DNA of 64,000 nucleotides from Carcharhinus amblyrhynchos. Lineage: Eukaryota. The DNA lies in the NCBI GenBank assembly GCA_965287045.1, contig OZ336876.1:1736001-1800000 (forward strand), written 5' to 3'. Position 1 is the stretch's first letter, and the number at the start of each line of letters is the position of its first letter. Under the pieces are notes generated by a model. It was given only the letters and a program-made list of their open reading frames with translations. It was not told the DNA's origin and made no database searches. Both the position numbers and the translations under genes were made by a program. Positions 53,601 through 64,000 of this stretch are shown here, one piece after another.

Positions 53601-54142
53601 GAAAATCCTCATGCTCTACACCCAACCCCCACACAGGCCAGGTTATTGTGTAAATCTTTTTTTTTCAAAACCATGATTGAATCTGCCTTCATCTTCCCCT
53701 CGGGTCATACTTTCCAAACCATAACCACTCACTTCTTTAAAAGATTCCGCTCTCATTACCCATCTTGCCATCATTGGCAACATCTTCTCTCTATCTCCTC
53801 ACCCCATATCCCCAATGAATTTGAAAACATCTGTTTACTCTTTTCTCAAACATGATTTCCCTCAGTAAACAGACTCAAATTTTCCAGTCTTAACAGGTCA
53901 CGGAAACAACTCATCCCTGGAAATATATTTCATTAAAGGTTTTCTGCATCTGCTTCAAAACATGCATCTCTTTCCACCAGGGTGGTTGCCAGACTCAACA
54001 CAAAATCTTCCAGTATAGTTTGAAAGTAGCTTCTTCGTAACGCTTTCACATTTATAACTATTGCCTCTTGGCACAGAATCTGTGGATCCACATGAATCCA
54101 GGTGCAACTTTGCTTCTGGTCGCTGCCTTCCAACAATTTATT

Positions 54143-54523
54143 TGGCACGGTGGCAGAGTGGTTAGCACTGCTGCCTTACAGCACCGGGTACCTGTATTCA
54201 ATTTCCACTTTGGGTGACTGTCTTTGTGGAGTTTGGATTTTCTCTGTGTCTGCGTGGGTTTCTTTTGAGTGCTCTACTTTCCTCCCACATTATAAAGATG
54301 TGCAAGTTAGTTGGATTGGCCATGCCAGATTATTCTTTAATTGCCAAAGGGGGGAGGGGGGGTTGGGAGGAGGATGGGAGCAGGAGGAGGAGGGGAATGG
54401 GGTTAGCGGGTAAATACGTGAGGGGGCAGAAATATGACCTGGTTACGATGCTTTGTTGGAGAGTCGGTACAGACTCAATGGGCTGAATGGCCTCCTTCTG
54501 CACTGTGGAAATTCAATGATTCT
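54143..54523 (+). mobile_element. HE1-like SINE with G-rich internal expansion
   Basis: ggcacggtggcagagtggttagcactgctgcc...gggctgaatggcctccttctgcactgtgg. Confidence 0.8.
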
Positions 54524-56199
54524 AACTGTTTGCTTTGCAATGGACATTCGTTTTGCTATTTCTTACTTTTGTAGATTAACAATGAACGGGTAGGGAAAAC
54601 CTACGATCGCATGCTGAACTTGGACGTTTGGAGTTTCCGAGTCCTGGTAAAAATAGCGAACACACGTTTTATTTGTTCTTATTTAGGTTAAACTATCTTC
54701 AGCTCAGTGATTATATGTCTTCTTCACTTGTATATAGTTGAAGGGTCAGCCCCATATTCACCAAAAAATATATTGTGTCTTTGGGACAAATTTCTGATAA
54801 ACTATAGTTTGGTGTTTGCTAACCTTAAATAGATAAAAACAGGTAACAGTGTCTTCACCCCCAAATAAACATGACTCCAAGGGAATTCTATCTGATTCAA
54901 AACTAAAAAGAAAATAGCCGACTAGACCCGAACTGTCAATCGAGGCGTTTTTTCCTGCAGTTGAATCCACATTAGTCATTACAGCCCTCGTGTTCTCTCA
55001 CCATTGTGACTTTATTCAGCGTTGACCCCTCTTCCTTAGAATCATATCTAATAGTCATCTTATCGAATAAAATCAAGAAAATGATTTCCTCGTACTCACC
55101 AATCTCTTGCTAAGTAAAGTATTGATAGGATATTTTTGACTATCTTGTCTTAATATTCTATTATCTATCTGTAGTTCTCAAGTGCAAATTCCATCTTATT
55201 CTTTATTGCTTTCTTTCTATCTCTCTTCCTGCGTCCCTCTCTTTCTGATGTTCCTCTCTGTCTCTATTTGTCTTGACTTCTTTGCTTTGCTCGCTGTGTC
55301 TCTCCCTCTGCCATTCCCTCCCTCTCTCGTGTACTCTCTCTCTCTATATGCATCTCCTTCTGTCCGTCTAAATGATTGTCTGTCTCTGCTTGATCAAAAT
55401 CTTTACCAGTTTAAGGTACGTATTGGTTCAGCTATCATATCTCCCCTGCTGCAGAGGGGAAATAAGTAACCCAATTCTAGTTATTTTTTACCAATGTGTA
55501 TAAAGATAAAAATCTGATTCAATCCTTGTAAGGCTTTGTTGGAGAGTCGGTGCAGACTCCACTGCACTGAAGGCATTTCAGTAACATGGAGGCCAGAATG
55601 TACTGACAGGGCTGGATTTTACGGCCTCGCTCGTCGTGAAACAATAAAATCAAGCCCGAGGTTGATGGGACATTTTCTGCCCCTTGCCTACTCCAGTTCT
55701 TATGGTGGGCAGGGCGATAAATTTCCGGCCTATGTGTGCTAACCAAAGGATATTGAGAATTGAACTATGCATCATCTTCTAAGTGTGGCCTAATGAAATG
55801 ATAATGGAGCCCACATTTCAGTTTTGTGCTCGAAATACAGTCTAAAGAAGGGATACCGAGACCAGCATTGTGCACAATTCTTCCAAAATTGGTGCAGAAA
55901 ATACTTTACATAACTTCAAGTCAAATTATTCACATTCATTTGTTTCCCCTAGAAGTAAATCTAGACCTTGCTTTGAATTTGCCGTGTTGATGGTAATACA
56001 TATCACAACTTCTGTGGTTTTTTCCTTCCATTGATGTGGAAATTTACTTTCTATTCTTGCGCGTATAAGTTCTTATTTTCGAAATATTTCGTAATCTCCA
56101 TACTTTTCCATCACCAAAAAGAACATAATAATTTTAGCATTTTGAAATGTATTTTCCAAACTATGCTCATTTCTCCGTAGGGACATACAAGGAAACAAA

Positions 56200-58232
56200 A
56201 CAGGGACATACGTTGACTATTCGGCCACTTCTATCCTCCTCGACGATTTAATAAGATCGTGGCTGATCTGATTTTGTCTTTCACTGCACATTCACCAAAA
56301 CCTTCGGAGCATCGAAACATAGGAATTTGAGCTGAAGTAGGCAAATCCTGCCCTTCGAGCCTGCTCCGCCATTCAATCAGATCATGGCTGTCCCATGTCT
56401 CACTATCCGTTTTTTTTATTAGCAACACATCTATCTCCTTCCTGAAACCATTCAATGAATCAGACTCCATCGCGTTATGTTGCAGCGAGTTCCACAAATT
56501 CTCCACGCTCTCTGAGAAGTGGTTCCTCCTCAGTCCAGTTTTAAATCCACCTCCTCAGAACCTACACCTGTTACCACATGCTCGATATAGCCTCATAAAG
56601 GAATGAAATTAGGGGTACAGAGGTTGCAAATATACCTTCATCCATCTGAGAGTGAAATAAAATGTTGTTTCCTCTTTCCCGTGGTTGAGAATCTTTGGAG
56701 CTCTTTTCCTCAAAAAGCAGGGCAGGCAGGTGCATTGTGAGGGTTGGATAACCTATTCACAAACAAGGGAGAAGGGACCAACATTTGGCAGATGGAACTT
56801 AATGTGGACAAGTGTGAGGTTACCATCTGTGGTAGAAAATAATAGAATGTCAAATGATTAGCTAAATACATAAATTAGCTGGAGAAGAGAGACCACTTGG
56901 TCTACATTTACTTTATTATTCCCTTTTAAAATTTTATATACATCGATCTGATACCCTCTTATCCTTCTAAATGCCAATGAGTATAAACCAAACTGTTTAA
57001 TATTCCCTCTGATGTCAACCATTTCTTCCCCAGAATCAATCTGATGAATCTCCTCTGACCCTCCTCCAATGCCACCATATCCTTCCTCGAATGAGAGAGA
57101 AACTAAGCACAATATTCCAGCTTTGGTCTGACCAGCACCCAATACGGTTTTAACAACAGTTCTCTGTTTCAGTACTCCAGTCCCTTTGCAATATATGCCA
57201 TCATTCCGATTTGCTTTTTTCATTACATTCTGCACCTGCATGCAGGCTTTCTGAGATTCATGAATATAGACACCCATATCAGTCTGCCAGGACGCATTTT
57301 GAATCTCCTTTCCATTTAGCTAACAATTTGTTCTTTTTTTTATCTGCCTAAGTGGACAACTTCACATTTATCCACATTAAAATCAATCTGCCAAATTTTG
57401 GTGCGCTCTCCCTTGTTTGTCAATGGAGTATCTACCACTCACTTCGAACTATTCCATTTACCTGCCTGCCCTGCTTTATGCGAAAAAAAAGAGTTCCAAA
57501 GATTCTCAACCATGGGAGGTGGAAAATAAAATCCTTTCTCCCTCTCAAACGAACAAAAACTTATTTGTAACTTGTGTACCCCTAATTTCATTCCCATCCA
57601 CAAGTAGAAGCATCCATTTTCCCATGCTTCATGCTTCTGTGTCATCCACAAGCTTACACTTTTTTTTCTGCAAAGACAAAATATTTTATGCAGTTCTGGA
57701 ATTCACATTTTTGGAGACATGTGAAAGCACTGGGAAGTGTGCATTGGGTATACACCAGGAAGTTTCTTGGGTTGGAGTTCTTAAATTGTGGCAAACATAA
57801 ATAGATTAGGGTTGTTTTCCATGAAGCACAGGAGATTGTATGACATTATTAGTGACATAGATAGACTAAATGGGGTGGGCGGGGTGGGGGGGGGGGCGGG
57901 GGTGGGGGAGTTGATCTTTCCCCTTGTTGCAGGAATGAATGACCGGAGGGTAAGATTTAATATGAGTTGAAGGAGGTTTGGAAGGAATTTGAGGACATAT
58001 TTCTTCATCCGTAGAGTGGTAGGAAACTAGAACCCTCTGGCTCACATGATAGTGCAGAGAGCCTCACAATATTTACAAAATACTTTAACGTGCACTTGCG
58101 ACAATAAGACGTAATAGTCGATGCATTAAATACTTGATGTGGGATGAGAAAATACATGCAGGTATATTTGCCTGCACAGATACCGTGTGCCAATGGGTCC
58201 TGCTGTGCTGTAGAAATCTTTGAATCTATGAT
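56200..58232. mobile_element. Cluster of CR1 fragments (minus strand 56200-57410, plus strand 57680-58232) with an internal inverted duplication
   Basis: ORF 56858-57277 GVYIHESQKACMQVQNVMKKAN...GLYSLAFRRIRG; CR1 tails at both ends. Confidence 0.8.
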
Positions 58233-60284
58233 GTTATGAACTGTAACAACAAATGACAAGCGGAGAACTGTTCCTTCTGTAACATCAGAACGCGCTTGTG
58301 GGGGAGATGTCATAACACCAGCACCAGTAGAGAGAAAGAGATAAAAAACATTTATTGAGGAAATGAAATTATCACAATATTGCGGCATAGCAATTAACAT
58401 ATCACATTTTAAAGCTTTCAAAAAAAAAACAATAGAACTGCTTCCCCAGCAATTGGCAGGGCCAACGTTTATCTCCAAAACGGCAAGTCGAGTTTGACCC
58501 GTAGTTTCGGGGTATTAAATATTACCTGGTTTCAGCGCTAACTGGGGAATCTGGTGAGGGGGGAAATGAAACCTGCATTCATCAATTTACAGAACATCTT
58601 TTGTTTGAAATGTGTGAAATAGTTAGATCCGGCGCATAATCATTGTCTCGTCCTTAACACCAAATTATCCTCCTGGCACTCAGCCCAGCAGGTATTTCCT
58701 CTCCACACCCCCCTCCCCAGGTAACAAATGGTAAATCCTATATTCCTTCAGGCCATGTTAATTCCAACGATATTCGCTTTCTTATGAATATCAGTAAATT
58801 AGTGGGGACCATTATCGTGCAGCTTGCTAAAGCTTTTTAAAATTCCACACAGCACTAGAACCCGTCAATAATGATCAGGGTCATTAAGCTATTATTTTTC
58901 ACCTCGAGTATATCTTTGACCCTCTTTATGCAAATTGCTTGGTGGAAACCTTAGCAAAATTGCACACCCCAGATTGCCCAGTTCCTGGGATGGAGAGAAC
59001 AGTTTGCATCTTGCAATGAAGCCACACACAAAAAAAATGATGCAGTCGCAATTAGCAAAAGCAAAATTTTGATGCACAGTTTTGAATAATTTTTGATGCA
59101 TAGATTTTCCTGCACAGAAATATACTATTATCCTACCTGGAGAATTGTACCTCATACTTTGCAGCACGCCTCAGAAATTGACGGTGTAAAACAAAGATTC
59201 ACTTGAATAATGTAATGATCAGAGTGGTACACTCTGAGGACAGTGTTGCATTCAATCTAATGTACAAGATAAGCTTCAGATCACTAAATTTGCTCAAAAT
59301 GTTAAGTTGTCTCAAAAAGTCGATAGGGGTCAACCATTTGATTTTTTCAAAGAATCCAGACAGAGGTGTCCTGTTAAGGAAGGTGGAACACGTCGGGGCT
59401 ATACCCATCGGAGTTTAGAGAGTAAAGGGCGCACTTATTTAAACATTTAAGAAACTGAGGAGGCGTGAAAGCGCAGAAACGAAGACGATGTTTCATTTGA
59501 TGGTGAATTGAATAATAGGGTGCAATGAAACAAAATTACTCCGCCGTTAAAAAATGAGATGAAGGGATATTTCTAATTCAGAGGGTGTTCAACCTATAGA
59601 GTTCTCTCCCTCAGAGAGCCGTGTAGGCTATGGGATCATCAGTATAATCATGGTTGCATGAGATAGCTTTCTAATCAACAACAGAATCAAGAATTTTGAT
59701 GGAACGGCATTTCACAATTATATCAACACCAGTCTTATTTAAAGGCGTTGCTTGATTGCAAAGTCAAATTGCCTATTGCCGTCCATGTTTCTTTATGTTA
59801 CTTCAACTGAATCGTGCTAATATTGGAGATGCCTTTATCAGGAGGAAAATTAGGAAGATTTCCTTTCGCTTAGTCGTTTATGGAAATCAGACCCCTCCCT
59901 CAAAATGTTATGGGTAGTGAAATGGTGAAGGAGCATTTGCGGTAATAATAGCATCTTTGCATGTATATCAAGAAATATGCAAAGATGATATTGGGTAAAT
60001 GGAATTGAGGTACAGAGCAGATGTCTTATAATTGAATAACAAAATATAGGGGAGTTTCAATAGCCTACTTCTGCTTGCACTGATTGAAAATGCTCATGAG
60101 TTTGACATGTAAGTAGATTTTAACAGTCGGAGTGGGATAGGTTATCTTCGGCGAATATAATTCTCAAGATGACTGTTCACAAACGCACAGACTCTCGGGA
60201 TATTGTTCAGATGGTTCATGTGTTGCTAGTCACTGGATATCCTGCAAAGGGGCGAATCTTGTGCCCAGCACACTCGAATAGCTT

Positions 60285-60350
60285 CTACAGCTTCAGCGTT
60301 GAATAGATAGTGGGATCCTCAGCCTGGACTTTGGGAGTGTCCTTCTGCCG
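60285..60350 (-). CDS. Gene B terminal coding exon: cytoplasmic tail RQKDTPKVQAEDPTIYSTLKL* with ITIM/ITSM-like TIYSTL
   Basis: Acceptor ttgttcatttcag|CGG, phase 0, matching the upstream exon. 66 nt = 21 codons + TAG. The terminal P-T-I-Y-S-T-L resembles the final motif of LILRB-type tails (PSIYATL). Confidence 0.8.
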   Translation of the reverse strand, partial: RQKDTPKVQAEDPTIYSTLKL

Positions 60351-61152
60351 CTGAAATGAACAATGCATTTGGTCAGAAAATCTAGAAATAATCCTGGAAA
60401 TAAGTTTTATATTTCAGTAGCAGCATTGCTCCTGGGAGTAGAGGGGAACACCTCGCTGATCTAAAAAACGCTGATGGTCAGCCAATGGTTACATTTTTAG
60501 ATGAAAGTAACAACCTACGTTAAAGTTGCATAGATGAAGCACAAGAGAAAAACACGGGGAACACAGACCAGGAGAACGAGAGGTGGGACCTTCCCCATAA
60601 ACATGGGCGGGAAGTGATTACACCAGCAATATCTTTTGCTCTAATCATTGATTTGCTTTGGAAAATTTTGCAGGTGCTCACGTCGAAAGGCTTGGAGCAA
60701 ACGACATTCAAAATGGTGGGGGGGGGGGGGGGGGGTGGTGGGTGGGGGGGCGGGGGGAAGTGGGGAAAGGGTGGCGTGGGGCTGTGCGATATGACGTCCT
60801 GCACCATAACACTGCTGACGTATAATTGCCACAACCACATGATGGTGATTGATTCTTGTGTTCCCTTCATTTCCTACAGAGGGAGCAATCCCATACTTCA
60901 CTGTTCAAACATTTGATCACTTCTCTCTCCTTGGACCATTTACAAAAAAAAACATGTTTTAGCTCGTTTTGAAACGTGATAAGAAATTATTTGCCTGATT
61001 GAATATGTAGTCACAACAATTGAGATGATTAGAAAGAAGGACCCAGTGGGAAGAGGAAAAAAAATTTGCATATATCACCCCAACAGAATGTCCGAGTGAA
61101 GTTACAGAATTCACAAGGCTGACAGTATCCAACAGGGGGATGTGTAACTTAC

Positions 61153-61193
61153 ACGTTTTCTCCTCGGATTTTCTTTCAGTTGAAGAACAGCAT
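61153..61193 (-). CDS. Gene B cytoplasmic exon (41 nt): (Y)AVLQLKENPRRKR, second half of ITIM VTYAVL
   Basis: Strong acceptor ttcttttttatctctag|AT and donor CGT|gtaagt. Phase 1 to phase 0. Completes the split Tyr codon T|AT. Confidence 0.82.
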
Positions 61194-61479
61194 CTAGAGA
61201 TAAAAAAGAACCAAATAAAACAGATATTGTTTGGGTGTGCTAATTCTGCGATAGCTTGTTTCGCAGCGATTGTGGCGATGGTTAGTTTATTCATAGTACC
61301 ACCTGTGAAGCATCACTCCGCTCTAGCCTCCCACCGGCTGATCTGCTACTGAAACCATCATCTGAGCATGTGGTCCCTCCAGCCTTCACTTTCCAACTGC
61401 ATTCCTGAATACCCTCGCTCATCTGAGAGGTAAATCCCTGCAGACTGGACTGTTCCACTATACTCCTGGCCCCACTTCA

Positions 61480-61960
61480 TTATTTATGCACGTGCTCCCT
61501 CTAGGTTGGAATGTCCAACCCCATTCCTGGCTCAGGTCTCACATTCCACCTTCTGGAATGTTGAACCCATCGAATCTCATTATTTTCCTGTGCTTAAAAT
61601 TCTTGTCAATCCCAGTGTTTGCTGAAATCCATTGGCCTCTGTTAAATCTGGATTTGATTTTAAAATGCACCTCCTTATTTTCAAATCCCACTGTGGTGTT
61701 TGCCTTCATCTCTGTTGTAACCCTCTCATGCCCCTCGCAGCACCCATGCCCAACCCTCAGAGATTTCTGCGCAATTCTATTTCTCGCTACTTGGCAACCC
61801 CCATACATCCAACCACCCCAATTTTCATCACTGCACCTGTTGCACACGAGCTTCTAGCTGTCTATATTTAAGTAACTGAAACTCCATCTCCAACCCTCTT
61901 CTACATTCTCTAAATAATATTTTCTTCCACCAATACTTTGTTCAGTATCCATCTCTTTAA
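61480..61960 (+). mobile_element. L2-like LINE 3' fragment (opposite-strand relic at ~52140-52530)
   Basis: EIHWPL followed by gatttgattttaaaatg, resembling the L2 LHWLP...RIxFK motif. Confidence 0.5.
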
Positions 61961-62478
61961 TCTCGATTCTCTCGATGGTTCAAACTATAATTGAAGTCTG
62001 GCATCACCAAAGAGCCTGGGTTTTGTACCTACAACCTCTTTGGTAATTCGTTCCATTTGTCAGCCTTTATTATTGGGGATACATATCTGCATCTATGTGT
62101 TCCTGATTTCTTTACTCTGTTGCTGTTCGTTAGTTGCCTATATTTGGCGGCAGAAATTATATCAATAGGTGCCATAAAACTGGGATTGTTGGGCTGGTCA
62201 TCTATCCCCACACAGAAGTTAACATTAAATCGCAAAAACTGAAAAACATCTCAATATCAGACATTGGCGAGCGCAAGAACGAGTTCCTAAACAACTCTTT
62301 CGGGGTCGGGCCCGAAAATTTCTTTCTGTCCTCCCATTCAGAATTGAATCAGAAATAATTAAGCTTTATGCCCGCCAATATTGCATTAAAACAAAATGCA
62401 TGCAAACAGTACGGCTAATGTTGTGACAATCATAATAACAATTCTGGGTGCAAGAAGAAAACAAAACACAAAACTTAC

Positions 62479-62519
62479 AGGTCACAGCTTGGCTGCTTTC
62501 GTCATCAGGCATTGTGGCC
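62479..62519 (-). CDS. Gene B cytoplasmic exon (41 nt): ATMPDDESSQAVT(Y)
   Basis: Acceptor ttctcttatctgaag|G and donor ACCT|gtaagt. Phase 2 to phase 1. Acidic stretch followed by QAVT-Y, as in LILRB (DPQAVTY) and KIR (DPQEVTY). Confidence 0.78.
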
Positions 62520-62699
62520 CTTCAGATAAGAGAAATGGTCAATGAATCACTTTTTGCCACATGTTTCTGGATATTAAAATATTGGGGCAGGTGATGAATG
62601 GATTGTGAACGCATGTCTACCCATCGGATTAAAATCCCCCGTTTATTCATTTCAGTGAAAGCGAAATATTGAATTGAATGTAGCATGCAAAGTTTCATC

Positions 62700-63650
62700 G
62701 TGTTTTGGAGTGTGCGTGACTGTGTTCTGGCACGAATATTTGCTTTCATGAGTGTGTGCAGTGGAATAAGTGTGTGAATCGGCATGTGTGTTTGTATTGG
62801 GATGGATGCGTGTTTTTAATGTGTGTTTCTTTTCTGGTATGAGTGTGTGTTGTGGTATGATTATGTGTGCTGGTGTGAGAGAGTTATTCCGATGTTAGTG
62901 TGTGTTCTCATTTCAGTGTGTGTTCTGATATAAGTGCGTGGACTTGAATGAGCTTGTGATTGTGTGTATGTGTGTGTGTGTGCGCGTGTGTGCGAGTTTG
63001 TGTGTGTGTGTGTGTGCGCGTGCGCGCACGTTGTGGTAAGCGACTGTGTTCTGATGTGTGTTTGTGTTGTCGACTGAGTGTATATTCTGGCGTGCATGTT
63101 TGGCCCAGTATGATTGTGTGTTCTGGTATGAATATCTTTTTTTTCTGGTACGTATGTTTGTGCTGTTGTGACTGAATGCTCTGTTATGAGTGTGTGTTCT
63201 GGCGCAAGTATATTCTGGAGCGTTTTTTTTATTAGTGTGAGCTTTTGTTCTGGTGTGTGTACGCGTGTGTGTATGTGTGGGTATATGTGTGTCTGAGCAT
63301 ATGTGTATGTGTGTGAGTGTGTGTTTGTGTATGTGCATGTGTGCGGATGTGTGTGTATTCCTTTTTGTATGTGTTTTGGCGTGGGAGTATATTTCGTTGT
63401 GAGCGTGTGTTTGGGATGAGTGTGTTTTCTGATATGAATGAGCATGCTGGTATGAATGCGTATGCAAATTTAATTGTGATTAGTGTGAGTGTATTATTAG
63501 ATATGAGTATGTCTTCTGGTATGAATGTTTGTTCTGGTGTGACCTTATAAACTAGTATGAGAGTTTGTTTGTCCGTGTTTGATTAAATGAATGCCAAATA
63601 AGGTTTGTGACTGTGTGCTGGGGTCTGTGAGTGACTGTGGCTGGGATTTA
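62700..63650. repeat. Degenerate 18-bp GT-derived minisatellite (consensus ~gtgtgtgttctggtatga) interleaved with (GT)n
   Basis: Consecutive units gtgtgtgttgtggtatga / ttatgtgtgctggtgtga / gtgtgtgttctcatttca / gtgtgtgttctgatataa. Confidence 0.8.
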
Positions 63651-64000
63651 TGGGAGTTCTAGTTATATTGTAAAATACCATATGCATGTGGGAACTGAAT
63701 ATGGTGGCAATGCAACTGTACCAAGAATAGAGCTGCCAAGTGTTCAAATCCCATCATTGCTGCCTCTGATTTTTAATCTACCGAATTGATGATTTCAATT
63801 AATAAACGTATTACGTTTATTCGAGTCTCCATGGCACAATGGTAGTTTCATTTAGCGTCGTAAAATATCCAGTCAGGAGGTAAATGTATATTCAACACCT
63901 GGTTTGGTCCAATGTGAGTCCAGGTGCACAGGAATGCGGATGGGATCCTAAATTTCTTTTGAATTGGCTGAGCAGACAACTCCGTCAAATGGAAATTAGT

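Noticed and set aside
54758-55110. Possible degenerate Ig exon and nearby gtgagt/gtgaga donors
   Set aside because: No canonical Cys pair or DxGxYxC motif, and no phase-consistent acceptor.
58928-58935. Octamer ATGCAAAT as an Ig promoter
   Set aside because: About five octamers occur in the window, roughly what chance predicts in AT-rich DNA, and this one is far from the putative leader.
62029-62235. Extra gene B exon (DQPNNPSFMAP...KYRQL)
   Set aside because: The acceptor is weak, and inclusion would put the 61193 exon out of frame and break the ITIM.
62861-63467. Long His/Thr-rich ORFs (also the CV/HT ORFs at ~28630, 34284, 43107 and 50414)
   Set aside because: These are translations of micro- and minisatellites.
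63602-63680. J-type RSS-like ggtttgtga-22 nt-gactgtg
   Set aside because: It lies in GT-rich repeat sequence, has a poor nonamer, and is not followed by an F/W-G-x-G motif.

Overview
Repeat-rich vertebrate genomic DNA, very likely from a cartilaginous fish (shark). The evidence is multiple HE1-like tRNA-derived SINEs, SacSINE1/DeuSINE-like SINEs and abundant CR1 LINE fragments. Most of the window is decayed CR1, L2, Rex1/Babar, Penelope and Gypsy sequence plus microsatellites, and nearly all listed ORFs are spurious. Small spliced exons on the minus strand, mostly missed by the ORF track, define at least two tandem Ig-superfamily leukocyte receptor genes of LILR/KIR/FcR-like (LRC/LITR-like) type. 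Gene A (~30025 down to at least 11143) has a leader exon, one C2-type Ig exon, a 42-nt stalk exon, a 96-nt uncharged TM exon and a 38-nt cytoplasmic exon. Gene B contributes only its 3' end (62519-60285): three exons splice in frame to ...DDESSQAVTYAVLQLKENPRRKRRQKDTPKVQAEDPTIYSTLKL*, an ITIM plus an ITIM/ITSM-like motif. Weaker relics of Ig/V-like and Arg-containing TM exons lie between and downstream, which would fit a birth-and-death paired-receptor cluster. All gene models were made by eye and need RNA-seq and homology confirmation. TE boundaries are approximate.
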